Origin: Monocercomonoides exilis PA203
Lineage: Eukaryota > Protista > Preaxostyla
NCBI GenBank assembly: GCA_001643675.2
Contig: LSRY02000037.1
Location: 62,001 to 126,000, forward strand
DNA: 64,000 nucleotides
Reading direction: 5' to 3'
In this document: positions 24,499 to 36,239 of the stretch, piece after piece
Layout of the letters: each line of letters opens with the position of its first letter
Numbering within the stretch: the stretch's first letter is position 1
The notes under the pieces: model-generated
Told to the model about the DNA's origin: nothing
Databases searched by the model: none
Seen by the model: only the letters and a program-made list of their open reading frames with translations
Program-made: the position numbers and the translations under genes

Positions 24499-27400
24499 TC
24501 ATTGTGCAGCATTCTCATTCGTATTTGTCCCACTTTCATCACTTTTCTCACATCCACTTTTTTTCAGTTCCTTTTCTTCAGAGGATTCTTCCAATTCAAT
24601 CGCATCTGACATCGTCACAATCACCATCTCCGCTGGAAAGCGCTTTATGAACTCCCGCTTCAGCTGCATGAGCGACGGACGGTCTTCTGCTGACGAAGAA
24701 ATGCAACTCTTGATGGTTTCAAAATATGAGTTTGCTTGCAACTCCTCCAATGCAGGTCTTTCTCCATCCACAATCTTCTGCCCTGCTCCCTCTCCATCAT
24801 ACTCCCCAAACGGGATCTGCAGCGTCAGGCACTCCCACAGCATCATCCCAATCGAAAACACAACTGACTCCTTTGTTGCTCCCATCTTCTTGTTGATCAA
24901 CAGTTCTGGTGCCTTCCACCTCAGGCACTCTTTTTTGAAGCAATCCTCATCCTCAAAGGCAGATGAAGGTGGTGGTGAGTCTGTGAATCTCTCGCTCATC
25001 ACTGAAATATTGGAGGAAGAAGAAACCATTGTCACCAAAGAGATGGATGACGAATCTGAATCATCTGATGAAAGGAGATCAGAATGCATCACAATGCAGA
25101 TCACCATGTGCTCAGAGAAAAGAATAATGTGTGGGCTGAGATTGGAAAGAGAAGAGAGCGGATTGTCCATTTCATCAAAGGAGTGGAGTGCGAGATTAGT
25201 CACCCAGAACAGGATTTGAGCTGCTGTCTGCTCTCTTTCCTTCAATGAACCAATCGCCATCTCCTTTTTCTCGTTCCTTCCATGCAGCAACATGAACAGC
25301 GAATCCCTCAGATCCACAATCAGCTTCTCGTGAGGCGATGAGCAGGCCATTGCATCCACCAAGTTCGACATCGATGAGGTGGTTGGACACAGACTCTCCG
25401 ATCGAACAAATGTGGAATCCGAATCAGTCGTTGAAGTGGTTGAGGTGGACGAGATGGATGGTGAAGGAGATCTCTTTCGGATCTCTTCTTCCTCCTCCTT
25501 TTCCAATGCCCACTCTGGAATCTTGTCTGAGTCTTTCCCTAATATGTATTCTGTTGAGTCACTCTCACTCAATAAATGTTCTGATGACTCCGAATGTCCC
25601 AAGCTTTTCTCATTCACCCTTTTCTTCATCCTTTCTTCGTTCTTTTTCTCTGCCTCCCTTTCTGCTCTCCTCCACTGTTCCTCTGGTGACATCTCCATCG
25701 TTACCATCTCAAATGCCTTTGGATCCTTTTTGATATTATCATTCACAATCTCTCTCAAATCTTTATTCTCATTCTTTGCTTTCCTCCATCGAACAATAAA
25801 TGCAACTGCAACGAAAAGAACTATCATAAGAATAACTGCCATGATAATCACAATCAACAACCAATAGGATTTTCCTTCTTTTCCTCCTTCAACAATCCTT
25901 TCATTTCCATTTTCCTTTGTTTCACTTGCATTCTTTAGAATAAATGAATCAGTTGATGATGGAGATTCTGCATTTCCAAACAAAACATGCACACTCACTT
26001 CTATTTCTTCTCCGCAACCGCTGAGGAGATCTTTCACCACATTCCCTTCAACTTCTCTTTCTGACAAGAATCCATTTGAGTCAAAATCATGCTTTTCAAT
26101 CTCTTTCTCTTCTCCCTTCCTCTTCACAACTGCAAATGACAAGTTGCATGGAACAAGAAGCAACCCTTTGAATGTAAGTTTCATTTTATCTGTCTCTTCT
26201 TTTGCTTCCACACTCTCCAATACAGGAATGAAGAATGATGAATCCCTTTCTGAAACAATCCCTTCAAAACTGCACCCTTCATTCAACATCCAAAGAGATG
26301 TATTTGGCAAAACTCCATCTCCTCCTTTCACACTTTTCACATTCAATGTTCCTGAATCAGAGCAAATAATATTTCTTCTCAATGATGGATATCCTTCAAA
26401 CGATGGATTATTCTTCTCAAATAACCCCGTCTCAATATTCACATTTCCTTTGCTCATTGTAATTCCACCTTCTGGTGAATTCATGATTGTTGTATCTTTC
26501 ATCATCACTGAACTGTTTGAGACATCCACAAGAGATCCTTTCCATCTGCACATCTCCTCTTCTGTATTTGAATTCTTCTCATTTATTTCTTTTAAACTTC
26601 CATCAAACAAACATGATCCAATCATCACATCCAAGCAATCCTCCATTTCCATCAATTTTCCTTTTGTGGTCTTTGAATTTACTTTACCAAATGTGCAATT
26701 TGTCAACTGCATCGACTTTTTCATTGACAAACAAGATATCAATGATTCTTCATTTCCTTCAACTGTGATATTTTCAGCAAGCAGTCTATCAATTTTCAAT
26801 TGCCCGCACTCATTAATATCCAACAGTGATTTTGAAACAGTTGAATTGCAAATCGATAATGAATCAATCACTGTTGAAAGTGGTGATGAAAGATATAATG
26901 CTGATTCTTGAAGCACAAGATTTGATATTGAGCATCCATCAAGTTGCAATTCTCCTTTTTCCATATTAATAATGCGAAATGGAATGCTTGCATATTCATT
27001 TCCTTCTTCATTAGATTGTTTTGAGCTGAATGAACAATTCATAATTTCAAGCATTCCTCCATCTGGTGATATCAATGATTCATGTTGAGAAATGAAATCT
27101 GAATCAAACACAAAACGTACTCTCAGCAATGAAACTTCTCCAGTTGTTGTTACCAATGATTCCTTTGCTCTTTCAATTCCTGCTTCAACTTCAACATCAC
27201 AGTTTTCTCTGCTCTTCGAACTCATGCTCATTTCCTTCAGATTCATCTCTCCACAAATCACACTCTCTTCAACAATGAACATTTGACTGATGAAATCTGA
27301 AGTCAAATGAATCAGTCCATAATCAATTGAATCACATGGAAGTGCACTTGTTCCACATTGCCTCTCATTCGATCCATTCACACTGCTCACAATGATTGTG

Positions 27401-30400
27401 TCACTCTGATGGATCGTCACAAAATCAATCAAATCTGTATCGTTTGGAAAGTCACAGAGATCTCTTCCAAATATCGCATTAATTCGCGAATAATGATTCT
27501 CTCGAACATCAAACCGAAATTGACTTTCATTGATCTGCGATGTGATGTTGAAGCATTCAATGAAAATATCGTTTCCCACTCTTGCTGTGTTTGCACTGAA
27601 CTTCATCCCCATAAATGTGAAATTCAAATCCCCACTTTCCTTTGTTGCAAGATACACTCCTCCTCCTTTCCCTGTGGAGCCACTGCAGCTGCAATGGCTG
27701 ATTGCTGAATCAATCATCTTCATTGATCCAGATGCGCCCAACGTGAAGAATATGGCTCCTCCTTTTTCACTTGATTCTGCTTTATCCTCCGTTATGTTGC
27801 ACTCATTCACAACCAAATAATTTTTTTTCTCACTTGCAGACTCAAAAATGCTTGCTCCATTATCACTTCTCTTCACTCCCGAAAACGATGAATTGCCAAT
27901 TTCAATATTTGTTCCTTCTTCATCTCCTTCATTTATCTTCAATCCTTGTTCAGATTTCTTGATTGACAAAATGCAACCTCCACTTTCATTCAACGATTCC
28001 ACTCGAACATTAACAAAATGACAATCAACTCCAATATCATGAATGACAAAAATACTGTTTCCAATATTGCACGATTCCATCGACAAATCACTCACTTCCA
28101 CAGTTCCTCCAATCACATCCACAAATACACAATCAAATCCATTTTTCACTCCTGCCTCTGAATGGAATGCACATCCAGTTATCACCAAATCTCCTTCTTT
28201 GTTTGAAATAATTGTTTTGGCGGAGTTGTCAAACCCCGATGTTAGTTGAAGTTGGATGTTGGAAAATTCAAGATGAACATTGTTTTCCATGAAATATTCC
28301 AGTTGACTTCCAACTGCCTTTTCAAAATTCAATTTGGCTTTCACATTCTCTTCTCCCATCTTTACACCCTTTTTGATCTGATAATTGGAAACATTGAAAG
28401 AATCTCGAATGATAGTCGATCCTGTTATTTGTATTTTTTTATTTCCTTCTCCCTCTTTCATGTTTTTAATCCCTTTCCACATCGTTTTGCATGGATCTTC
28501 CTCGCTTCCACAGCGCGCAACATCAAATCCTTCTGATGAAATAAATATCTCAGTTGAGCTGTATGGAACAATGAACATGAACAAATCCTTTTCTTGATGA
28601 AAATCATCACTTCCAACAAACAGAGTCTTATCATCCTTCATTGATGAGTAATCGAACTTGAATGAATCATTTGTCACAGAACTGTTGAAATCCTTTCCAA
28701 AAATGAACATATTCTTTCCAATGGCTGCTTTGTTGTTTGCAAACGAGACGTTTTCTAAAAGAAATGGCTTCTCATTCAAACAATTTTCACAATCCAAATA
28801 CAAGTATCCTCCTTTTCCATTTCTTGTTGAAAGCGAACAAGATGTCACATTTGTTGATTTTATTTCCAGTTTTTCATTCCCTTGCAATATCACTTTTGCA
28901 ACACCTCCTTCTCCACTGCCTATATTTTCAATCTGTGATAAATTGCTGTTTTCAAACAAAACAGAAGAAAATATTTCCAATGGAGATTCTCCAAATGAAC
29001 TCTCAAAATTGCATCCTTCCATTGAACAATTCAACAGTTTCACTTTGTATTCTCCTTCGCCCTCTCCTTCATTCACAGTTCCGGATGAAGGTGAAAGTGA
29101 AAACAGTGTGACTGATGATTTCACATCTGAAATCGTGACAGACTCTAATTCAACCATCTTCCCAGTTGATTTGATCAAGGAAAATCCAATCGTATTTTGC
29201 TTCTCTCCACTCACGCTCATCTCGCAGTTCTTCATGTGTAACTCCCCATTTTGAGTGCTCGATTCGATGACTGATGCGATTGCTCTGTCGAAACTCGATG
29301 GAACAACAATCCCAATGAACTCCATTTCTGTCTGCGATGCTGATTTCAGAATACTTTCTTCTTCAGAGCCACTCACTTCTCTTTCGCATTCCATCTCCAC
29401 AACTGTCTCAGCTTTGGCCTTCACACTCATTCCCCCAACATCAACACATCCGGTAACAGTCGATTTTGAGCACAAAATAATTTCCTCTTTTGTGTTCTGT
29501 GTTCTCTTCAGATGCCCCATTCCGTAGTTCACATTCAAACAAGGCGCCTTTTCAATCCCACAATACAATGCCTCCATCCCAGATGTTCCATCGATAAACA
29601 CCTTGTCAGCAAAAAAACCATCGAGAAAAATGAATAAATTAACATCCCAATCACTGAATGCCTCTGTTCTGTCATGTCCAGCAACCGAGTTGTCTTTCTG
29701 AGTGATGCTTCTCATGAAGGCGAATAAGGGCTCTTTCACAGAAGCGACAAGAGATTCACACACAAAATACATATCTCTTCCGACACTCGCCTTGTTGGAT
29801 GAAAACACGATATTGGTGATGGAAAATGTGGATGCTGACACTTCTGAATCATCCTTGTACTCGATCATGAGAGCACCTCCTCTTCCTCCAGAACTTGTAT
29901 CCTCGCTCACAGAGCAGGTGGAGAAGGTGGAATCACTCACCGAAAACGAGTTGGCAGAGGCAGAGGAGGCGAATGAGATGCATCCACCATTGGTTGCAAT
30001 CTGTTGGCTTTGTGGAACTGAGTTGATGTTGGTGATGGTGCAGTTGGTGAAGGAGAGGGAGAGGTCAGGGGAGGTGGCAGAAGAGAGGACACAGCTGGTG
30101 GGAGCGGCTGTGGAGGTGATGTGGGTGATGTTGGAGGAGTTGAGAGTGAGTGGATTTGTGAGGGAGGCGAGATGGAAGATGCTTTGGCTGTTGAGGGTGA
30201 GATGGGTGATTGCTGTGTGGTTGAGTGTGAGGGAGCCAGCAGTGAGGAAGAAGAGGGGTGTGGCGATTGATGATGAAGATGGGGTTGTTCCGGTGATGGT
30301 GGTTGTATTGATGTTGAGGGAAGGGGAGTTTTCGGAGAGGTGGAAGAGGATGGGAGTGATGGGATTTGTAGAGTTGTGGGCGATGGTGAGAGCAGAGACT

Positions 30401-32490
30401 GTAAGGGAGCCCTGTATTTGTTGGAAGAGAGCAGAAGAAGCAGATGAATCTGGTGAAGAGGAGGAGGAAGAAGAAGCTGGTTGAGGGATACTACTTGAAG
30501 CAATGGTGGTGGCATCTGTTCCATTTCCTGTAATTTTTGTATTTAGGGCACGGAATGTGAGAGTCTTTGCAGGAGTGAAAGTGGAGTCAAGAAGAGCGAG
30601 GGATGCATCACTGAAGGGAGCAACACATCCGAGAGCATACTCCATCGTGGCACATGGCTTATTTGCTTCACCGCAGGTATCAACATCTGATCCGCTATTA
30701 GCAACGATTTTGTTCTGGTTGATGATTGGAAGCCAGCTGTTGTACTCAGCATTATTACCCGTATTTTTATTCCATACTCTTTTTGTTGTGGTTGTTGAGC
30801 CACATTGCCGGAATGGAGATTGAGTGATGCTGCTGCCATTGAAGAACACATCGTTTCCTCTGCCATTTTTAGCTGTGTTTCCATCAAAGAAGCAAAAAGA
30901 GATGAATTTTACTCCACTCATCCATGAAAAGGTGTTTGTGCAGCACAGCCCAGCGCCTCCGTGTGTGGAAGAAGCAGTCAATTTGTTGTTTATGAACTGG
31001 CACTCATTAACCAAAAACTGAATTAGCTTTTGTTTTGGAGGCCAGTGAAATGTGAGTGAGCCGGTTGAATCACCACCAGAATTTGCGATACACTTGCATT
31101 TGGTGAACAAGAATTGACCATTTGAAGAAAAATCACCAATATAGAAATACCAACCAGTTCCACACCAGTCTGTAATTGAACAATTTTCAACTCTGTTATC
31201 AGAAAATGAATATACGGAAGATTCTTGCCGACCATCGATAACAGTTGCTCCTCCACGAGGAGCAGAACAATTTGTGAAATTGGACTTGGAGATGTTCACA
31301 TTTGATAAATATATGCAGTTTAACGCTCCGCCATTTAAACCATCTGATGAGCAATTGAAAAAAGAACAAGAAATGATAGTGAGATTTGCATTTTTGCAAA
31401 TAACTTTAAGAGCCCCTCCATGATCACTACCACTATTTGAATTGTTCCATTCACACCACTCAAAGAGATAGCTATTCAAATCAGTAAAGGACAATCGACT
31501 TAATTCCATTCTTTGAGATTCGGATCCGATATATTTTACAGGATCATTTGATGAAGAGCGTGTTTGGTGGAGGAAAGAGGCATTGAAGGCAGAGAGAGAA
31601 GTGAACGGGCTGTTGAGGTTTGGGAGGATGGCTCCATCGATGGGGTTGTGGGCGTGGAGGAAGATGGTTGAGTGGATGGAGAAAGTGGAATGAATGGAGA
31701 AGGAGATGTTTGTGTTTGTGTTTGCATTTGTGTTTGTGTTTGTGATGGTGGTGGTGAATGAGTTGTGTGCGCGTGCGTGATTGGCATGAATGGTGTGATG
31801 TTGTGGTGCAGTGGTGATGTTTGTAAAGATGGTACTAGAGAGTTGGAGACTGAGGGATACTTGGCGATGAAGAAAGGAAGAAGAAGAGGATGAGGAAGGG
31901 GAAAAAAGGAAGGGCTGGATGAGGGAGACGAACGAGGAGAAAGAGGAGCGGGAGATGGAGAAGGAGGCAGGAATTGGGGAGTAGGCATCTGAGAGGAGAT
32001 TGTTTGGGGTGGAGAAGAGGGGGAAGGAGAAGATGGCAGGTTGAGGGGAGATGAGGGAGAAGTTTGTGAGGGCGATGGACGCATGGGCAGTGAGAAAAAG
32101 TGGAGATTTGGTTGCTGGTTGGACTTGGCAAGTGGAGGAGCAGATGGTGGCAGCGGAGTGGCGTTGGGCAGTTAGGAGTGGGCAACCGGTGAGAGAAACC
32201 ATGGTGAGACGGCTCACACACAACGAGGTGTTGATGATATTGAGACTTGTTTCGAGATAGCTAACGCAATTGCCAGCTGCATTTTCACTTTTTGCTGAAG
32301 TGATATAAAAATGATTGTTACACTTTCCATTTTCGTTTGAAAAGTTGATCTGTCCTTTTTGGTTCTCCACAATCCTTTCTTGTTGATTATGTTGAAAAAC
32401 AAAACTTCCTCTATCTCTGCAGTTAACAACAAGCAACAAGATAACTACAATATTTAATGCAGCTTTTGCCCTGGTACAACACCTCGCCAT
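24499..32490 (-). CDS. Giant receptor-like pseudokinase (2663 aa), paralog of 1741..8763
   Basis: Uninterrupted ORF with the same architecture, one additional ectodomain module, a TM segment and an RWKAPE kinase C-lobe. Confidence 0.87.
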   Translation of the reverse strand: MARCCTRAKAALNIVVILLLVVNCRDRGSFVFQHNQQERIVENQKGQINFSNENGKCNNHFYITSAKSENAAGNCVSYLETSLNIINTSLCVSRLTMVSLTGCPLLTAQRHSAATICSSTCQVQPATKSPLFLTAHASIALTNFSLISPQPAIFSFPLFSTPNNLLSDAYSPIPASFSISRSSFSSFVSLIQPFLFSPSSSSSSSFLHRQVSLSLQLSSTIFTNITTAPQHHTIHANHARAHNSFTTTITNTNTNANTNTNISFSIHSTFSIHSTIFLHAHNPIDGAILPNLNSPFTSLSAFNASFLHQTRSSSNDPVKYIGSESQRMELSRLSFTDLNSYLFEWCEWNNSNSGSDHGGALKVICKNANLTIISCSFFNCSSDGLNGGALNCIYLSNVNISKSNFTNCSAPRGGATVIDGRQESSVYSFSDNRVENCSITDWCGTGWYFYIGDFSSNGQFLFTKCKCIANSGGDSTGSLTFHWPPKQKLIQFLVNECQFINNKLTASSTHGGAGLCCTNTFSWMSGVKFISFCFFDGNTAKNGRGNDVFFNGSSITQSPFRQCGSTTTTKRVWNKNTGNNAEYNSWLPIINQNKIVANSGSDVDTCGEANKPCATMEYALGCVAPFSDASLALLDSTFTPAKTLTFRALNTKITGNGTDATTIASSSIPQPASSSSSSSPDSSASSALFQQIQGSLTVSALTIAHNSTNPITPILFHLSENSPSLNINTTTITGTTPSSSSIATPLFFLTAGSLTLNHTAITHLTLNSQSIFHLASLTNPLTLNSSNITHITSTAAPTSCVLSSATSPDLSLSFTNCTITNINSVPQSQQIATNGGCISFASSASANSFSVSDSTFSTCSVSEDTSSGGRGGALMIEYKDDSEVSASTFSITNIVFSSNKASVGRDMYFVCESLVASVKEPLFAFMRSITQKDNSVAGHDRTEAFSDWDVNLFIFLDGFFADKVFIDGTSGMEALYCGIEKAPCLNVNYGMGHLKRTQNTKEEIILCSKSTVTGCVDVGGMSVKAKAETVVEMECEREVSGSEEESILKSASQTEMEFIGIVVPSSFDRAIASVIESSTQNGELHMKNCEMSVSGEKQNTIGFSLIKSTGKMVELESVTISDVKSSVTLFSLSPSSGTVNEGEGEGEYKVKLLNCSMEGCNFESSFGESPLEIFSSVLFENSNLSQIENIGSGEGGVAKVILQGNEKLEIKSTNVTSCSLSTRNGKGGYLYLDCENCLNEKPFLLENVSFANNKAAIGKNMFIFGKDFNSSVTNDSFKFDYSSMKDDKTLFVGSDDFHQEKDLFMFIVPYSSTEIFISSEGFDVARCGSEEDPCKTMWKGIKNMKEGEGNKKIQITGSTIIRDSFNVSNYQIKKGVKMGEENVKAKLNFEKAVGSQLEYFMENNVHLEFSNIQLQLTSGFDNSAKTIISNKEGDLVITGCAFHSEAGVKNGFDCVFVDVIGGTVEVSDLSMESCNIGNSIFVIHDIGVDCHFVNVRVESLNESGGCILSIKKSEQGLKINEGDEEGTNIEIGNSSFSGVKRSDNGASIFESASEKKNYLVVNECNITEDKAESSEKGGAIFFTLGASGSMKMIDSAISHCSCSGSTGKGGGVYLATKESGDLNFTFMGMKFSANTARVGNDIFIECFNITSQINESQFRFDVRENHYSRINAIFGRDLCDFPNDTDLIDFVTIHQSDTIIVSSVNGSNERQCGTSALPCDSIDYGLIHLTSDFISQMFIVEESVICGEMNLKEMSMSSKSRENCDVEVEAGIERAKESLVTTTGEVSLLRVRFVFDSDFISQHESLISPDGGMLEIMNCSFSSKQSNEEGNEYASIPFRIINMEKGELQLDGCSISNLVLQESALYLSSPLSTVIDSLSICNSTVSKSLLDINECGQLKIDRLLAENITVEGNEESLISCLSMKKSMQLTNCTFGKVNSKTTKGKLMEMEDCLDVMIGSCLFDGSLKEINEKNSNTEEEMCRWKGSLVDVSNSSVMMKDTTIMNSPEGGITMSKGNVNIETGLFEKNNPSFEGYPSLRRNIICSDSGTLNVKSVKGGDGVLPNTSLWMLNEGCSFEGIVSERDSSFFIPVLESVEAKEETDKMKLTFKGLLLVPCNLSFAVVKRKGEEKEIEKHDFDSNGFLSEREVEGNVVKDLLSGCGEEIEVSVHVLFGNAESPSSTDSFILKNASETKENGNERIVEGGKEGKSYWLLIVIIMAVILMIVLFVAVAFIVRWRKAKNENKDLREIVNDNIKKDPKAFEMVTMEMSPEEQWRRAEREAEKKNEERMKKRVNEKSLGHSESSEHLLSESDSTEYILGKDSDKIPEWALEKEEEEEIRKRSPSPSISSTSTTSTTDSDSTFVRSESLCPTTSSMSNLVDAMACSSPHEKLIVDLRDSLFMLLHGRNEKKEMAIGSLKEREQTAAQILFWVTNLALHSFDEMDNPLSSLSNLSPHIILFSEHMVICIVMHSDLLSSDDSDSSSISLVTMVSSSSNISVMSERFTDSPPPSSAFEDEDCFKKECLRWKAPELLINKKMGATKESVVFSIGMMLWECLTLQIPFGEYDGEGAGQKIVDGERPALEELQANSYFETIKSCISSSAEDRPSLMQLKREFIKRFPAEMVIVTMSDAIELEESSEEKELKKSGCEKSDESGTNTNENAAQ

Positions 32491-32685
32491 GGATGTGGAT
32501 GCGGAGGAAATTTCAAAATAAGAATTCCTGCGCCCAATATTATATTTCCATTTCTCACTTCAAAAAAGCACAAAAATAGATGTTAATTTAATTTTATAAA
32601 AATTTAACAAATACTTTCTTTCACAAAAAATGTTTTTTCTCCAAGATTCTTTGTTTTAATTGGCAATTGTGTGTGAAATTGCATA

Positions 32686-34677
32686 GGGTCATCTTTTTAT
32701 TGGCACTTTTTTTTTAAATAAAAATTAATCTGACCCACAAATGATATTTTAAAATATATTTTTGGTATATATACAAATGTGATATAATCTAATATTTGAA
32801 TTTTGAAAGAAATCCAATTTCTCATGGGGGGGAAATGGGGGGGTTCAAGTCCTTCCATTGAGCTTTCATGAGAAATTGGACTGCACAAAGGTTTGTAAAT
32901 ATTTCTAATTCATTCAAAAATTTAAATATTAATTAAAAATTCTTTAATGAGAATTAATAAATAAAAAAATTTATTAACGATCATTACCCATAATATATAA
33001 ATGAAATTACTAGTGAAAAAGAAAGCTGAAGCGGCGCAGAAGCGGCTGAAGGAAGCAATGTCTACATTACATTACAGAAAATATAGTTCAAGATTGGAAA
33101 GAATTGCGCACATTGTGAATGACAATGTTGTCAGGCTGGTCGACGGTGTTAAATACGGCGGAATCAGTAAGAAGTCATTGGAGCACGCTGTCAAAGCCAT
33201 AAAAAACGGAAGGCCTATTGCAAAAGTTGGTCACCCACCAATTATTAGCGGAGAAAAAGAAAAGCAATTCTTAGAAGAAGTTACAATAGAATCTCGATCT
33301 GGGACAAGCCTCTCGTTACGAAAAGCGCGTGATCTGGTTTGCGATTGATATTTGAATTGTATATTAATTGGTATTTAGATGGAAAATATAATTAATGATA
33401 GTAAAGAAGAAGAAGAAAATAAGGAAAATATAAAAAAGACAGTAACTCTAAAGACTGTTTACGCCTTCATACAGAGACATCCGGAACTGAAGTCCTCGCT
33501 ACCAAAGCAAGTTGACATTAACAGACTTGCGGCATCTTGCCAGAAAGTCCTAAGGCCGTGGTACACCGAATTACAGTCACTGCACGATGAAAACAAATAT
33601 CCAGAGGAATTGATCTTCAATGTCGACGAATCTTCGCTTCGAATTCCAACTTCTACACGTGGAGTCGTTGTTCATCCAGCAGATGAACAAGCTGGATTCA
33701 AAAAGACTGCCGAAAGGATGCCGAATGCTACTCTCGTTGCTGGAATTGCTGCTGATGGTTTCTCGCTTCCGTCTGTCGTGCTGTGGCCGAGTGCAACTCT
33801 TCCGAAAGAACTGACAACGCTGTTAACACAGTCGCTTGATATTTGGCCAAACAATAACGGCTGGATGGACAAAACAGCATTCAAAAAATACGCCTTAACA
33901 GTCCTGCTGCCAGCTATCATTGACAGAAGAAAGCGAATTCTAAAAGAAACTCATCGTTGCCTTCTTCTCCTGGATTCACACTCATCGCGGGCAGATCCAA
34001 CGATATGGAGACAGTTCAAGGAAGCCAAAATTGACGTAATCACCTTCGTTCCACACACCACGCACATATCGCAGCCGCTGGACAGAGGCGTATTTGCAGT
34101 ATTGAAGTCAGAGCTATCAAACAATTACAGTTCTCCATCATCCACCTCCTCATCTTCGAAAAGAACAGCTGTTGCAGATGTGTTGCCACAAGCCCTCCAC
34201 ACAGCATTCACCCCATCTGTGATCAAAAAAGCCTTCATTAACAGCGGAGTCCTCAGCGGTGGATCTGGATCTGTGTTAATGAAGCTTCCTCAGTCTTCTC
34301 AATACTTCATTCCTTCTCATTCTCATTGTTTCGACTTCTTCGGAAAAGAAATAACAAAAGAAAAGCTTCTTGATGAATGGGATGAATATAATGAAAAACA
34401 CAAGATGAAAATTGAAGAAATTGAAGAAAAAGAAAAGGAAACTGAAGAAGAAGAATTCCCTTTGAAGAAAAAAGTGAAAAGGAAATTCAGAAAAATTAAA
34501 AATGATGACGATGAAACAAGTGATGAATTTGACCCGTTTGAACGTGAAAATGGAAAAAGAAAAGTGAGAAGAGTTATTGATTCGAGTTTTGTATTTTTTT
34601 GATGTGTTTTTAACTTTTTTTCATTTCAAAAAATTTTGGTGCCAATAAAGAAAAAAGTGCCAATAAAAAGATAACCC
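32686..34677 (+). mobile_element. pogo/Fot1-like DNA transposon, 1992 bp, apparently complete
   Basis: 27-bp TIRs GGGT(C/T)ATCTTTTTATTGGCACTTTTTT at 32686-32712 and 34651-34677, with 1 mismatch. TA flanks both sides (32684-85 and 34678-79). The element is absent from the homologous site in the left arm (~1545). Confidence 0.93.
33001..34602 (+). CDS. DDE_1 (pogo/CENP-B family) transposase, 519 aa, 2 exons: 33001-33336 and 33379-34602
   Basis: A 42-nt GT..AG phase-0 intron (33337-33378) joins the two ORFs. Motifs IFNVDES, GWMD, LLLLDSHSS and PHTTHISQPLDRGVF are present, with 35 residues between the second and third Asp (DD35D). Confidence 0.9.
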
Positions 34678-36207
34678 TATTATATTTTTCACAATAAAAC
34701 AGACAATAATTATTTATTATTTTATTATTGCTTTTTCATTTATTCAAAAGAAAAATCAATATTACTCAATATTCTTAAAGCGAAAGAATAACTTTTCCAC
34801 ACATTTTCAAATTAAAATTGTTTTCTCATGATTATTTCTCAATTATTTTTTTGATTGGAATAAATTTCTTCTTTTTTTTACCAAGAAAATCACTTCATTG
34901 AAAATTCATTTTCATTTTATTGATTTTATGAAAGTCTATATTTCGTGATTCACACGTTTCAGTTTTGAAGAAAATGATTTTTGATCAAATGGAAAATTCG
35001 TTTTTGAAACTGATTCGTGTTGATTTCTCTCTTTGATAATGAATCTGTTTCTTGACGTTTGATGAGAAATTTTATTTTTGAAGCTCTTTTTCAACAAATT
35101 GAGATTATAGCACTGTAGTAATGCTTATTCTATTTTCTGTTTTGTTCGAATCGAGGCAGACCATGATTTGAGCTGCTTAGCTCAAATGCAGGGAATAATC
35201 GTCTAACATGTTCAACGCTAATTTTTGATTCGTAGAAAAGCAGACAGACACCTCAATAAAGGATATTTATCCTTCAGATTATTCATTTTTTCAGTTTCGC
35301 TTATCTATTTGGCAGTTGAACATTCAACTTTGATGTTTACACTCATAATAAAGACATTGTTTTGAGCATAAATTCTGAGTTTTTATATAATATTCAGCGT
35401 CTCGAATTCGTTTTCCAAGTGAATCAAAGTTATTCACAAATTGAGTTTTATTCCAGGATCATACTCAAACCTTGGAGGCATCATATTTTCACTGATAATT
35501 TTTCATGTGCAATGCGAAGAGATTCAGTTTTCCCTGACATTACGTTTTTCTTGCAGGAAACAAATGTTTTTATATCTGGATGCTTCAAAATGGAAAAGAA
35601 ATTCAATCTGATGTTAGTGAAATATTGGAAGAACCATCTCTTTCACGCGGAGCATTAATGCCACTTTCACGCAAAGGAAAAATGTTTTGTTTATTTATTT
35701 ATCTATGAATGCATTTGAAGAATTAATAACTTGGAGAAGCCAGAAGCTGTACATAAATCATATTCTCAGAATCAAAATACAGAAAATGAACACATCCAAA
35801 ACGAGAGTGCTGTTGTTGCATCGAAGGAAGCAGTTTTCTGAGGCAAAATCGATGCAATGCCGTGGAAGACACTGTTTCAACTTATTAGCGAAGATGCTTC
35901 CATCATAGCCACGTTTGAAATTCACTCCTCACATCTGAATTGTTTTCTGCTCCTCAACAAATAAGAAAAGCGAAGTCCAAACTATTTTTAAAAATATCTT
36001 TGCAATTTAAGATTACATCAGTTGTTCCCCTCAAACCCTCAAAATTGCATCAATGCATTTTTCATTATCTTCCAAAGCAGACAATGTTTCCAGCTCCGAG
36101 AAATGTTACTATCTATTTATTGAAAGTTCACAGCAGACAACAACATCGTGAGCGATTCATCTTCGTTCAAAGCTTGTGGTTTTCCTTTTTCTTCTTCTTC
36201 TTCTTCT

Positions 36208-36239
<32 letters not shown>

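Larger units (their letters stand above)
23736..36171. repeat. Right arm of the inverted segmental duplication (includes a 2-kb transposon and a 975-bp segment absent from the left arm)
   Basis: Reverse-complement similarity to 56-9523, as described for the left arm. Confidence 0.93.
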
